This document shows, in pieces, positions 53,275 through 64,000 of a DNA stretch of 64,000 nt. This DNA comes from Vicugna vicugna (lineage: Eukaryota). A model generated the notes under the pieces. The model did not search any database and was not told the origin of the DNA. It saw nothing but the letters and a program-made list of their open reading frames with translations. The number at the start of each line of letters is the position of its first letter. The stretch's first letter is position 1. The translations under genes were made by a program, and so were the position numbers. Where the stretch lies: the NCBI GenBank assembly GCA_013265495.1, contig MU058213.1, forward strand, positions 4,712,001 through 4,776,000. The letters are read 5' to 3'.

Positions 53275-54045
53275 AGGTGGTTACAGATTAAAAGAGACTG
53301 TAAGAGTCAGGGACCCTGATCAAAAGCAGGAACCACGTTTGGAATCCCGGTTCAAACAAACCAACTGTAAAAGACAAAAAAAAAAATTGGGGACAATATT
53401 GGGGAAAAACAGTAAAATCATCGGGGTTATTTAAATGCTGGCTCTGTATTTAATGATATTAATAAATAATATGAACAAAATTTTAAGGGGTGATAATAGT
53501 GTTACTGTTTTTAGGAGTATTTATCTTTTAAAGAAACTTACTGAAGTGAAATTACAGGTGAAATGATAGGCTATCTGGAATTTACTTTTTTTTGTTTGTT
53601 TTTGTTTTATTTTTTATTGGAGTATAATTGATTTACAGTATCGTATTAGTTTCAGGTGTACAGCGTAGTGATTCAATATTTTTATAGATTATATTCCATT
53701 TAAAGTTACTGTAAAATCCTGGCTCTATTCCCTGTGCTGTACAACGTATCCTTGTGACTTACTTTATACATAGTAGTGTGTACCTCTTAATCCCCTCTTG
53801 CTCCTCCCCCTTTCTCTGTCACTTCTGGTAACCATTAGTTTGTTATTTATATTTGTAAGTCTGTTCCTGTTGTATGGAATTTACTTTAAAATTTGCTGAG
53901 GGGAGACAGTGAGTGAGGGTATGGCTGAAATGAGATTAGCCATGTGATGAGAAGTGTCAGAGCTGGGTGATGGACAAGTAAGACCTACTTGTACTATTCT
54001 CTCTACTTTTGCTAATGTTTGAAAATTTTTTATAATAAGTGGTTT
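53275..54045 (+). mobile_element. Ancient L1ME-like 3' end, interrupted by the younger L1
   Basis: gaaatgata...ctggaatttactttaaaat...gctgggtgatgg...tactattctctctactttt...gtttgaaaattt motifs. Confidence 0.7.
53589..53874 (-). mobile_element. L1 3' end nested in an older L1ME-like element
   Basis: Perfect 13-bp TSD tggaatttacttt at 53576-53588 and 53875-53887. Confidence 0.88.
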
Positions 54046-54767
54046 ATTTTTTTCTTTTTTTAAAGCTGTTGTTTTTTTAAAGAACAACATAAAAAGATTT
54101 AGGATAGAAAAGGTGAGGTAGAGTCAGATTGTAAATACCCTGATGCCATGGCAGATAAGTGGTTTTTGCTTGGTGAGGGAGCACTCTGAGTTTTTATGAG
54201 GGACCTGATGGGGACCTGATTCTGTAGTGGTGTGACCGGGAGGCGAGAGAAGTGAGAAGTTGGAAGAATGGTGAGGAGAAATGAGCGGACAGGTAGGGGC
54301 TGAGGAGAGGCTGGATGCCGGGAGAGATGTGTGATGATCAGGGCGAGGGAGGAAGGATACACAAAGCCGGGTGGTGCTCCCAGGTGCCTGGAAGGAGGCC
54401 TTGCTGGGAAGGGGAAGGTTCCGGCAGGGCCCATGGAGGGAGGCGGTGAGTGAGAGGCAGCGTGGCCCTGTTGTCGGGTGGGGACGGTGAGGGGTCCATG
54501 AGGATGGGGGAGAACCTGCTGGGGGACTGTGACAGGTTGGACAGAGAGAAGGAGACAGACTTCAGATAGGAGGAGGAGGACCCAGATGCAGGGACGTGAA
54601 GAGAAGCAGCCAGCCCAGTAACAGAAGAGCAGGGGAAGAGCACTGTACTTGCTTTATTAATGATAGATTTGAGAAACTTCTAAAAAGCAGCCTGTTTTGG
54701 TCTTACATACTTATATATTGGGTCCCCTTACATTTATATGTTCCTACTTTGTAGTGTAAGTTCGTTC

Positions 54768-54896
54768 TTTTTTTTAAAAGAAAGTTTTGGTGGGGTGTTT
54801 GTTTATTTATGTATGTGTTAATGGAGGAGCTGGGGACTGAACCAGGACCCCCTGCGTGCTAAGCTCCCACTCTTCCACTGAGCTGTACCCTCCTGC
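54768..54896 (-). mobile_element. More diverged tRNA-derived SINE (Vic-1-like)
   Basis: ggaggagctggggactgaaccaggacc...gctaagc...ccactgagctgtaccctcc. Confidence 0.8.
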
Positions 54897-57800
54897 CTGT
54901 AAAGTCTTTCTAACTTTACACCTGCATTTTATATTCTATAACCTTTAGAGAAATAGTGTTCAAGTTCAGTAATATTGAAACTTTCTTCCCCTCCAAAACT
55001 GCCCTTAAATTATGGCCTTATGTTTGCGTTTCACCCAATAATTTGGAAATGTCACTCAGTCTTATAAAAATGAATATGTGCTTCTGTGCTCCTTTCCCAT
55101 AGCATGCCTAGATTTTTCTTTCCCTCTTTCCTGCCAGTCTGTGAGCAATTTCTTTCAAAGTGTAAGGTCAACAGAGGGTCAGATGGTAAAACCAGTGCTA
55201 ATCTCAGGATCAATGGAATTGCCTCCCTTAAGACAAAGCTAATTCGGTGTAAAATCTCATTTCTGTCTTCTCCAGGCAAGCCAGGTTAGCAAGGGAAACT
55301 GTTTAAAACAAAACAAAAGAAAAACCTTATTTCCTCAGCTCTTTGATTTCAAATAATCAACTTACTCTGAAGGGCAGCTCTTGAGAGCAGGAGAAGCAGC
55401 GAGTTTACAATCAGGTGCCCAAGTAAAGGAAAATGTCTCTTTTCTGCTAATTCAAGTGTGCCTAGAATGAACTTCCAGACCTTTCTATCAGCAAAAGTAA
55501 AATGGGAAAGATTCAAGGTTAAAAAAAAGGTCTTCTTTTCATTTTTTTTCCTCTCTAGTCCACGCCCCCCCCATGACTCTTAATAATTACATCACTCTTC
55601 TATGTTCTGTATTGATTAAAACATAGATAAAGAAGAGGTCTGGTGTTTACCTACGATGTGATGTTCGTTTTGAACTTTCTGTCAAGGCCCCGGGCATGCC
55701 CGCTCCCTGATGGGACTCTGATCCCAGGTGCCTGGGTCCTGATAAGCCTCTTATGGGCCTTGGTCAACAGTAAACCGGACATCCCGGCACCTCAGCCCTG
55801 GTGTTCTAACTGAGCTGTGAAAAGTCACTTGCTGTGGGTATAGAAGACAGACTAAGAGTTCTGGACACAGCCATTCATTTTCCATCAAATATTGGAATTT
55901 TGTTGTTTTTTTAAACCAATACCGGCCACTAAGGATATGAGGCAGGCAAACTCTTTCTTCTTATGGGGACAAATGAGCAGTTAAAATGATGATGGAGATA
56001 CAGGTGCTGTGGTTGAGACATACATGGGGTAGGAGGTCAGGAGAGGCTTACTGCTTCAGGGGGCAACATTCAGGAGAGAGAGAGCCCATGTGTTCTGTAG
56101 CTCCACACCCTGAGTGTCTTTTATGTACCAGATACTCAAGAATTAGAAAAAGATACTTCCTTTTCCCAGGACCTCTCTTGAGTTTCTGAACATCAGCACA
56201 TCTTGAACCTGCTGTCTTTGTCCCCTCCTTCTTTTAGCAAACTCAGAGTTAACATTTAGAATGGCCAGAAAGTTTAGTCGAAGTGCAAGACAAAGAATGT
56301 TGACCTGGGGAACGAGTTGAAAATAGATGTCATTTATTTAAAAAATCAGTTCGATTCCAGTTGTGGTTAAGATTCCCAGGGGGTAGGACCTCATAAAGGG
56401 AGATACTTGCGAGGAGGGCCTCTGCCTTTCCCGGGTGGGGTGACAGCATCCAGGGGGCTCCCCTTGGGGTCTCCTAATGACAGGGGGGTAGGTTGAGCTT
56501 CTGCTGTTCTGTGGGGAGCGTCACAGGCAGGAGGAAGGTGCCTCACACAGGGAGGCCGACCTTGGACAAGTTTTAGTGACGGTTCCTTGAGGCGTCGTGA
56601 GTTTCCTTAAGCAGGAGGGTGTTTTCCTGCAGCTCCAGGGAGAGGGGAGGAGGAAGCAGGGCTTCCAGGTCACCCACGGCACTTGGATGACCTAGAAAGT
56701 CACAACGATTTCACATGCAGCGTGAAGAGAAAGTGTGGAAACTGAATTGGGTTGGAGGAGGAGTGGGCGCCTTGTCCTGGCCTCGGGAAGAGCAGCAGAG
56801 CAGCCTGGGCTGTGGGCCATGCTGTCTGCCCCGCGTCTGACACAGGCTTTCAGCCCATTCAGGGGTGGGAGCACAGCCCCTTCCCATTCCTCCCCGTAAT
56901 GAGGAATGACCAGAAGTCGAGGCTTAAATAACTCAAGATTTGACGATCAGTAGTCAGCATCAGCTCCTAACTGTTGGGAATGGATGGTTAACATGGTTTT
57001 TAGACTCTGTCAATAAGCAGTTCATTCATAGTCATTAATTAATTAGGCAGATATCCATCAAGCATTTCATTTATGCCAGGCACTGTGCTAGGTTATGGGA
57101 ATAAAATGGACAAGAGGGGTGAGCCAGACACAGTTCAGTCAATCATAAATGTGTAATTCAGTTGTGGTAAGCGCTTTGAAATGGAGGGAGGGAGGGAAAG
57201 CTCCCTTGAGCAGAATGAGGATGGAGCTCTGAAGGATGAATAGGATGGATTTAAAAAAACTCACAGAATGTTCCAGGCAGAGGAAGCACTGTGCGCAAAG
57301 GGCTTTTTGGCAGGAGGGAGCGTGGTCTGTTCAAGGTGTAGAATGAAGGCCAGTGAGGCTGGACTCTGAAGGATGATGGAAAATCTGGTGTCAGAGTGGG
57401 TGGAGGGCAGAGTCGAGACCAGCACATGTAGCCTGTGTGCATCTTAAGGAATATATTCTTTTCCCTCAGAGCAGTGGAAATCATGGAAGGCTTTTAAACA
57501 GGGGTGTGTGCGCGCGCATGTGCACGTGGATGTGTGAGTGAGACATGAGCAGATTCCTCCTGTGGAAAAGAGTCTGCTCTGGTCTTTACAAGTAAGATGG
57601 AACGCCCTGGGATGGCGTGTTCACACTGTCACCACTGATGGAGGCGTGAGCTCTCTGGGGTCTCCTCAGCAATCCAGTTCATTTTTAATGGGGTTATCTC
57701 ATGCCTCTGTCTTTGCTGAAGGGCAGAAGGGGAAGGGAGTCGGGGTCATGGAGGGTCCCATTTTGTTTGTGACATTTTGCTCTTTGCCAGTTCTTGGTGT

Positions 57801-58519
57801 ACTGAATTTGTAAACTGTCTGTGAGCAAGTGGATGAGGATAATAGGGATCACGGATGAGGGGAGAAGTCTGGTGTGTTGGTGGTGAGGTTTGTAGGAGGA
57901 AAGTTTTGTTTTTTGTCTGATAAGGCTGTTCTAATGTCTTAGCACTAGAAATTTATAGAAGTAGGTAGAATAACCTCATAAGGTGTTTGCCTCTCTCACC
58001 ATATGGATCGAACATTCTGAGATCTCTGCACCATCCATGGACACCACCTAGATCCAAAACTGTGAGCAAGGCAGGAGTGGGGACCACTTACTGAGGGCCA
58101 GTAACCAGATGGATTTTCAGATGTGGATATGTTCAACCCACAGAACTGGGCAGTGTAAGGAGAGAGGCTGTTTTAAATAACCCAGGACAATTGCAGCCAC
58201 TCTCATACTGCAAATAGTTGAACCTTTACTATCTGAAAGGAAAACTACGTTAATTTTATTACCAGAAATCCTACTCAAACTGTGTTACACTTTTTCTGAT
58301 CTTCTGTACTCTTTCTGACCTTCTAAATTCTGCCTGGTGAATATTTTTTCTAAAGACTTGCCAAGATCATTAAGTAGATTTCTACTTGGTGGAAAAACTT
58401 GGCACTATTATTTGATCACTCTTAGCAGAAAATGGAGCACGTCATAAGCTCTCAGTCTTAGATAAAAGGCAGCATGGAAAGAGTCATGTCTGCAGTGTCA
58501 GAGCAAATCAAGACATGTC

Positions 58520-59059
58520 GGGCATTCAGGGTAGCCAGCCTCTGGGACGACCACCCCCGCCCCGCCCCACCCCGCCAATCTGTGCTTCCTGGTTGGTACC
58601 CTTGCTCCTTTGCAGGCCCTTCCCATGTTGAATAGGGCTGCTCTGTGTGACCAGTAGGAAAGTGTGACTTCCAAGGCTAGGTCATAAAAGACATTCTGGC
58701 TTCCTCCTTGCTTCCTCTTGAATCCGTTGCTCAAGGGAAAGCCAACTGCTATGCTGTGAGGGCCCTGAAGCAGCCTTTGGAAAGTCCCATGTGGTGAAGG
58801 ACTGAGACTTCTTGTCAGGGGCCATGTGAGTGTGCCATCTTGGTAGTGGATCCTCCCTCCCCACTCAAGCCTTCACATGACTGCAGCCTTGGCCAGCATC
58901 ATGACTACAGTCTCATTCGAGACTCTGAGCCAGAGCTGCCAAACTAAGCCACTTCTAGATTCCTTACCTTCAGAAACTGCGTGGTAGTAAATGTTTGCTG
59001 TTATTTTAGGCTGCTGAGTTTTGGGGTAATCTGTTACGCCATAAGAGATGCCTAATACA
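58520..59059 (+). mobile_element. MLT1F-like solo LTR
   Basis: gtgtgacttccaaggctaggtcataaaagac...gtcccatgtggtgaaggactgag...ttttggggtaatctgttac...taataca. Confidence 0.75.
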
Positions 59060-60339
59060 AACCATCTCTTTTATGCCACATTTTATTATAGCCACTGACT
59101 CCACCAGAGCTGTAGCATCCTGCCACACCCTTGGTCTAGTCCTTGTTTTGCTGGACCATACCTGTTAGGTGATATGCCATTCTCCCCATTTTGAAGGAGG
59201 GACCATCTTATCCTTCGTATCCTCAGCACTTTGCAGGGGGTTCAGTAAGTTTTCTCTGTGTGCATGAATCAGAATGTGCAGAGGTAAAAAAGAACACTAA
59301 CATACTTTAAGGATAAGTCAGCGTTCTAAATCTGGCTTTGCTTTTGTTGATTTCATAGAGGACTCCTCGTCCTTCCCTGTTTTTATTTCCTCATTAGTAA
59401 ATGGATAGTGTTTGTATTATCAAGAACAAATGAAAAATGAAGGCATGGGCATATACGCTTTGTGTGTATAGACTATCTCAGGAAGGACGCAAAGTCATAG
59501 TGATTGGTTTTAGGGACAAGTGAAGGGTGTGGGATGAGAGGAAAACTTTTTAAAACACGGTATAAAACCTTTTGTACTGTCTGAATCTGTCCCGTGTACA
59601 ATGCCATGGGAGTACTGATCTGTGCGCCCCAGGCAGGCTAAGAGGAAGCCCTGAGTTTAGTCGTGTATGTTTGCTTTTTGTCCCTGGGGGCACTTGCCTC
59701 CGCTTTGGCCTTCGCCTTCCCTCTGCTGCCCAGGTCTGTGTCCTCTGAGTCCCCAGCATCAGTATCCATCCCCGATCTCCTTTCCTACGGCTGCTGTCCT
59801 GGTTCAGGCCTCCTTATCTTCAGCCTGGATGACTTCAGCTGCCCTCTCCCTGTTTCCTCTCCTGGTTTGGTCTCTTTAGATCACACCCCCCCTGCTGCAG
59901 GTTGGCCACCCTCTCTAGCCCACCCTGGCCCCGGACAGTCCTGATGGCTTCCTGCACGAGCTGCCTTCCACCTGCCTTTTCCACTCCAGCCCTCGCTGTT
60001 GTCAATAATGAGCCCAGGGCCAGCCACACGGAGGACTTCCCCATTCACTGGTGGTGGTGTGTGCCTCCGTCCCCCGAAGCTTGCCTCCTCTGGGCTTTGG
60101 CTCTGCAGCCCCCCGCAGTCTGCAATCCAGTGTGTGCGGTAGGCAGCGTAGAGGCTTGCTGTCAGAAGACGTGGGCCTTGTCTCCACTGCTGTTGGGAGT
60201 ACTGTGTTTTATTTCATTTTATGGAGTAATATTGTACGTCACTTTTTTAGAAATTGAATTTTTGTGCACCAGGTGCCACAATACCAGTTCTCTTTCCTCC
60301 TCCCAATCCTGCACTCCCTTGTGTGTTGGGAGATAGTCC

Positions 60340-60515
60340 TAGACAGCTAGGAGTGATGTTGTCTGCGTGCCCTGGGAGACATTTGGCAATCTGTGGACAC
60401 GTTTTTGGTTGTCGTAATTGGGGGGATGCTACTGGTACCTAGTGGGTGGAGGCCAAGTGTGTAAATACCCTACACAGAATAGTCCCCCTTAACTGAGTTT
60501 GTGTTGAGAAACTGG
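60340..60515. mobile_element. MER20-like hAT DNA transposon
   Basis: gacatttggcaat...tttttggttgtc...gctactggtacctagtgggtggaggcca...gttgagaaac. Confidence 0.72.
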
Positions 60516-63500
60516 AATCTGTGTGTACAAGTGTGTGTATGTATTTGTGTGTGTTTTCTTTTTACACATTGACTGCTGTGACCTTAAGCATAGTTGGTGA
60601 GCAGTAGACTGAATGACTGAATATTCGTGGCAAACCTTGCCTCTGTTTCCCAGAAGCCCCCGCTCTCAGTCAGGGAAGCAGCACCTGTTCCCGGGGTTGT
60701 GCATTCCTAGCCTCAGGCTGCATGTTCTGACTTGCTCTCCTCTGTCCTCCTCCCAGACTTCTGTGTCCCCTTGGCGGCCCCCTGCCTCCTCTCCCCCACC
60801 TCTCTGCTCAGATCAGCTGTCTGTCCCTGACGTCCTTCACCACCCCCTGTGCCTTGGTCTCTGCAGCTACCATCCTGTCTGTCTGTCACGGCTGAGCTCA
60901 GGTGCCCTCTTCTTCGTGTAGTCCAGCAGCTGCTGTACTTACTGTTTGAGGGCCCCAGAGCCCTTGCCCCCCACCCCGTAGCACTTACTGTGGTTTGCTC
61001 TGCCTGTAGTTGTTGATTCACTCAGCTCCTAAATGTCGTGTGAAGCCTGGGGTGCAGAGATGGATGAGATGGTCTCTGCTCTTGGCTGTCCCGCTGCCCA
61101 GTCCCAAGACAGACGGAGGTGATGCTGCCAGTTTGGCACATGGAACAGGTTTGGAGAGGCTTTTTACAGCGTGTAAAGCAGAAATACAAGAAGAGATGAT
61201 TTTGCTCCTTGTAGTCAGGCCAGGAAAAGTTCCTAAGGGGCACTGAGGCTTGAATTGAGTCTTGGGAGCAGTGAGAGTAGCGAGGTGATTTAGGGGTGGA
61301 AGGGCATTCACACGGAGGGAATGTCCTACGACGGAGCCTGGGACCTGTGGGGTTGTTCTCTCCTGAGACTTTAGGAGTAGCCATTTCCCTTACTCGTTTC
61401 TGCAACATCCATTGTCTTGCCCTAGGCAGTTAATAAATCTGTTTGTGTGTTCATGTGCTTATTCATTCAACAAATATTTTTAAGTGCTTTCCACATTTGA
61501 GGTACTGAACTGGTACAAATGGGTTTAGCGTGTGAGTGGCAGATGGACTGCAGTGGAAACCATTCGAGTAGTAGGTGGTCGCTGCAGCGATCGGATGTGG
61601 TTTAGTGAATTTTGAGCTACAGATGAGGTTACATGTTCGTGGTGACCACACGTTAGGATTCTGGAAATGTGTGTTAAGAGCAAGTCAGAGGCAGGTGTAA
61701 TGGAAAGCTCCTCCTGCCCTAGTGATCACTAGGGAACAGAGCTTGTATGAGCCGGCATTGTGGGCTGGTTCCATGAAGGACAAAATAAAGCACAAGGTGC
61801 TTGTTCTACAGGGTGATTGCAGCAGTTTTCATAGTAATGAATAAAGCAGTGTTGTTCTATCAGCAGTAAGTAGGAGTTGGGTGGGAAAGGGGAAAGGGGA
61901 GAGGACTGTGAATTTCCTCGGAAATTCCAAGGTTGTGGATGGACCTTGTCCTTGGGGACTCACGACAAAGGGGAGAACGTGGCCAAGTGCACAGATTTCT
62001 CCTTTTAACACGTCCCCTCTTTTCCTTTCTTTTTATTTGTTAAATTTCTGCACGTGTTTCTCCAATATGTGGTCCACAGAAAGGAAATACTGGCTGTGTC
62101 TGGATTTGGGGAAACTGAGTCCACTTAGAGTTAGAAAAAGGGGTCGGATGTGCTTCAGAGACTTGTTGGAGCAAGACTGGGGATAAAGTCAAGGAAATAA
62201 ATGACAGAGCCCAGGAGAGATGGCCTTAGAGATGGACGTGAAAATATTTGAGCAGGTGTGACATAGGAAGATGGGAAAGCTTTGACTTTTCCATCTCTGA
62301 ATTGTCCAGAAGCATCAGAGATATCTGTTCTGCACCAGGGAAAGTGTTGGCTGGATGACAGCACAGGGAAGTCTTAGACGCCTACAAATTTAGTTGGAAA
62401 ACACTGAGTTCTTCATGGCTTTGGAGCAAGAGCCAAGGCGCTGATAAGTACTGGAAAATGGGCAGTGGGATTGTCCTGTAGAGTTCATATGTGGAGGGTT
62501 TTGGGCCAGTTGTCCTTATAAATATGACTCTGCATTTGAGTCCAGCACAGTCCAGGCCCCATGAAGCAACGTGCTGTTTGAATCCCACACGCTTTCTGAC
62601 CTTCAGGGTCCTCTCTGCCCGATCAGGCATTCTTCTTGCAGGTCTCTAAGCCTGTGACCTTGTGTGAGAAGCAGGTTCCCGCTGCTTCTTCAGGGCTTGG
62701 TTCCTGAGGCCTCAGGGTGCCAGGCAGCTCCCCAGCCCGCGGGGCTTCCTTCTGCCACTCGGGTAGTGGACAGTCCCCTGCAGCCCCAGCTCACTGCCAT
62801 TTCCCACATCTGTCTGAGTGTACCCTTCAAGCAGACACCTGTGCTGTGGACCGTGAGCTTCCTGCTGCCAAACTGGGGAGAAAACGTGGCTGGCAGGTGG
62901 TGAACTCTGCAGCTGATTCAGGCCCCATGGAGAACCACAGTTAATAATTTACTGTACTTCTGTGCAGCTACCGATGTTGACCTTGACAAAACTCTGCTAG
63001 AATTAGTCAGAGCCTGGCCTGGCATTTAACTAACAGGTAATATGACCCAGAAATAACTTCTTGCCGAGAGGTTAATCCGGTCTCCGAGTTTACAGTTGGC
63101 ATTCACAGATATCCGGTCCTGTTTGCATCCAGAGCAGAGGACTGTTGGCTCACCGTACTCATAGTGTTCATGAGACAGAGGTGTCACACGGAGTCAGGGG
63201 GCCTGGCTTTATGTGGGGCTGCTCTTCGTGGCAGAATAAAAGCCACGTTGATGGAGAAGCCCTGTAGGAGAGGTGATCTGGGCTTCGTGGGTACCACAGG
63301 TGAAGAGGCTCCCCACCCCCTACACACCTCTGACTTCAACTTCATAGCCTGGTTTCTTGAGCAGTTCTGAATCTTTTACCTCTGGTGCCAGAAGGTTACA
63401 CTGATCAAACTGCTTAGTGTAAAGTCAGCAGCACTGTTGCTTCTAGAAGGTACTTCAGCTAGGGGAGGGGGAGGCCATCTCCCTGTAGCATTTGTTCTCT

Positions 63501-64000
63501 CCCTTTCCTGAAGTGAAACTAGCCCCAGGGGAATGGAGACAGCTGGATTAAAAGTTCGTCAGCTGCTGGATAAGCCTAGGCTGCTAGCAAATACATGGTG
63601 ATCCGAAGTGGGCGCGCCCTCGCGGGGAGCTCTCTGCCGCGGCGGGGGCGCTGTGGGGCTACGCTGTGCTGTCTGCGGCAGCAGGGCGGTCATTTCCCCG
63701 TCAAGAGCTGCAGGGTGCTGTGGACCTTGGGCTGCCCTTCCTCCATAGCCCCCAGGCCTCTTGAGAACGAGCGATGGCTTGGTTAGAGATGGTTCTAGCG
63801 GATGGTTTCGGGGTGGCAGGTCAGTGCTTCTTCTAGTACACGGACTGGCACTTTTCTCCAGCCAACAAACACAGGCTCTTCAAACAGATGTGTGTTTCTG
63901 GGGAAGGCAGCTGGTCCCAAATGAGAGTGTTCAGAGGATGGGACCGAAAAACAAAACAAGCCAGTAAAAGGAGAGGCAGAAGGGGAAGGACAGGAGCTGG

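Overview
Mammalian genomic DNA, very likely camelid (tRNA-derived SINEs resembling Vic-1, plus young L1 3' ends). The window holds the 5' part of CGNL1 (cingulin-like 1/paracingulin/JACOP) on the + strand. It starts with about 28.6 kb of presumed intron 1. Seven coding exons follow (28670-30256, 31031-31125, 32630-32735, 37964-38065, 38592-38740, 40153-40288, 49247-49459) and splice in frame to 2388 nt/796 aa. The window ends inside the next long intron. Exon numbers 2-8 assume a non-coding exon 1 upstream of the window. The introns carry the usual L1, HAL1, L2, L3, MIR, MLT1 and MER relics. The most unusual observation is an old repeat I cannot assign to a known TE, found by eye in about 20 copies in both orientations across the introns. 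Its best-preserved pair is a long inverted repeat (core 182 nt, about 72% identity, one gap) enclosing exon 8, with mismatches biased toward G-U pairing in the sense pre-mRNA. Also seen: an L1 composite with an apparent two-step 3' transduction and a recursive-splice-like motif in intron 1. All alignments and counts are manual, and TE family names come from recalled consensus sequences and need RepeatMasker/Dfam confirmation.
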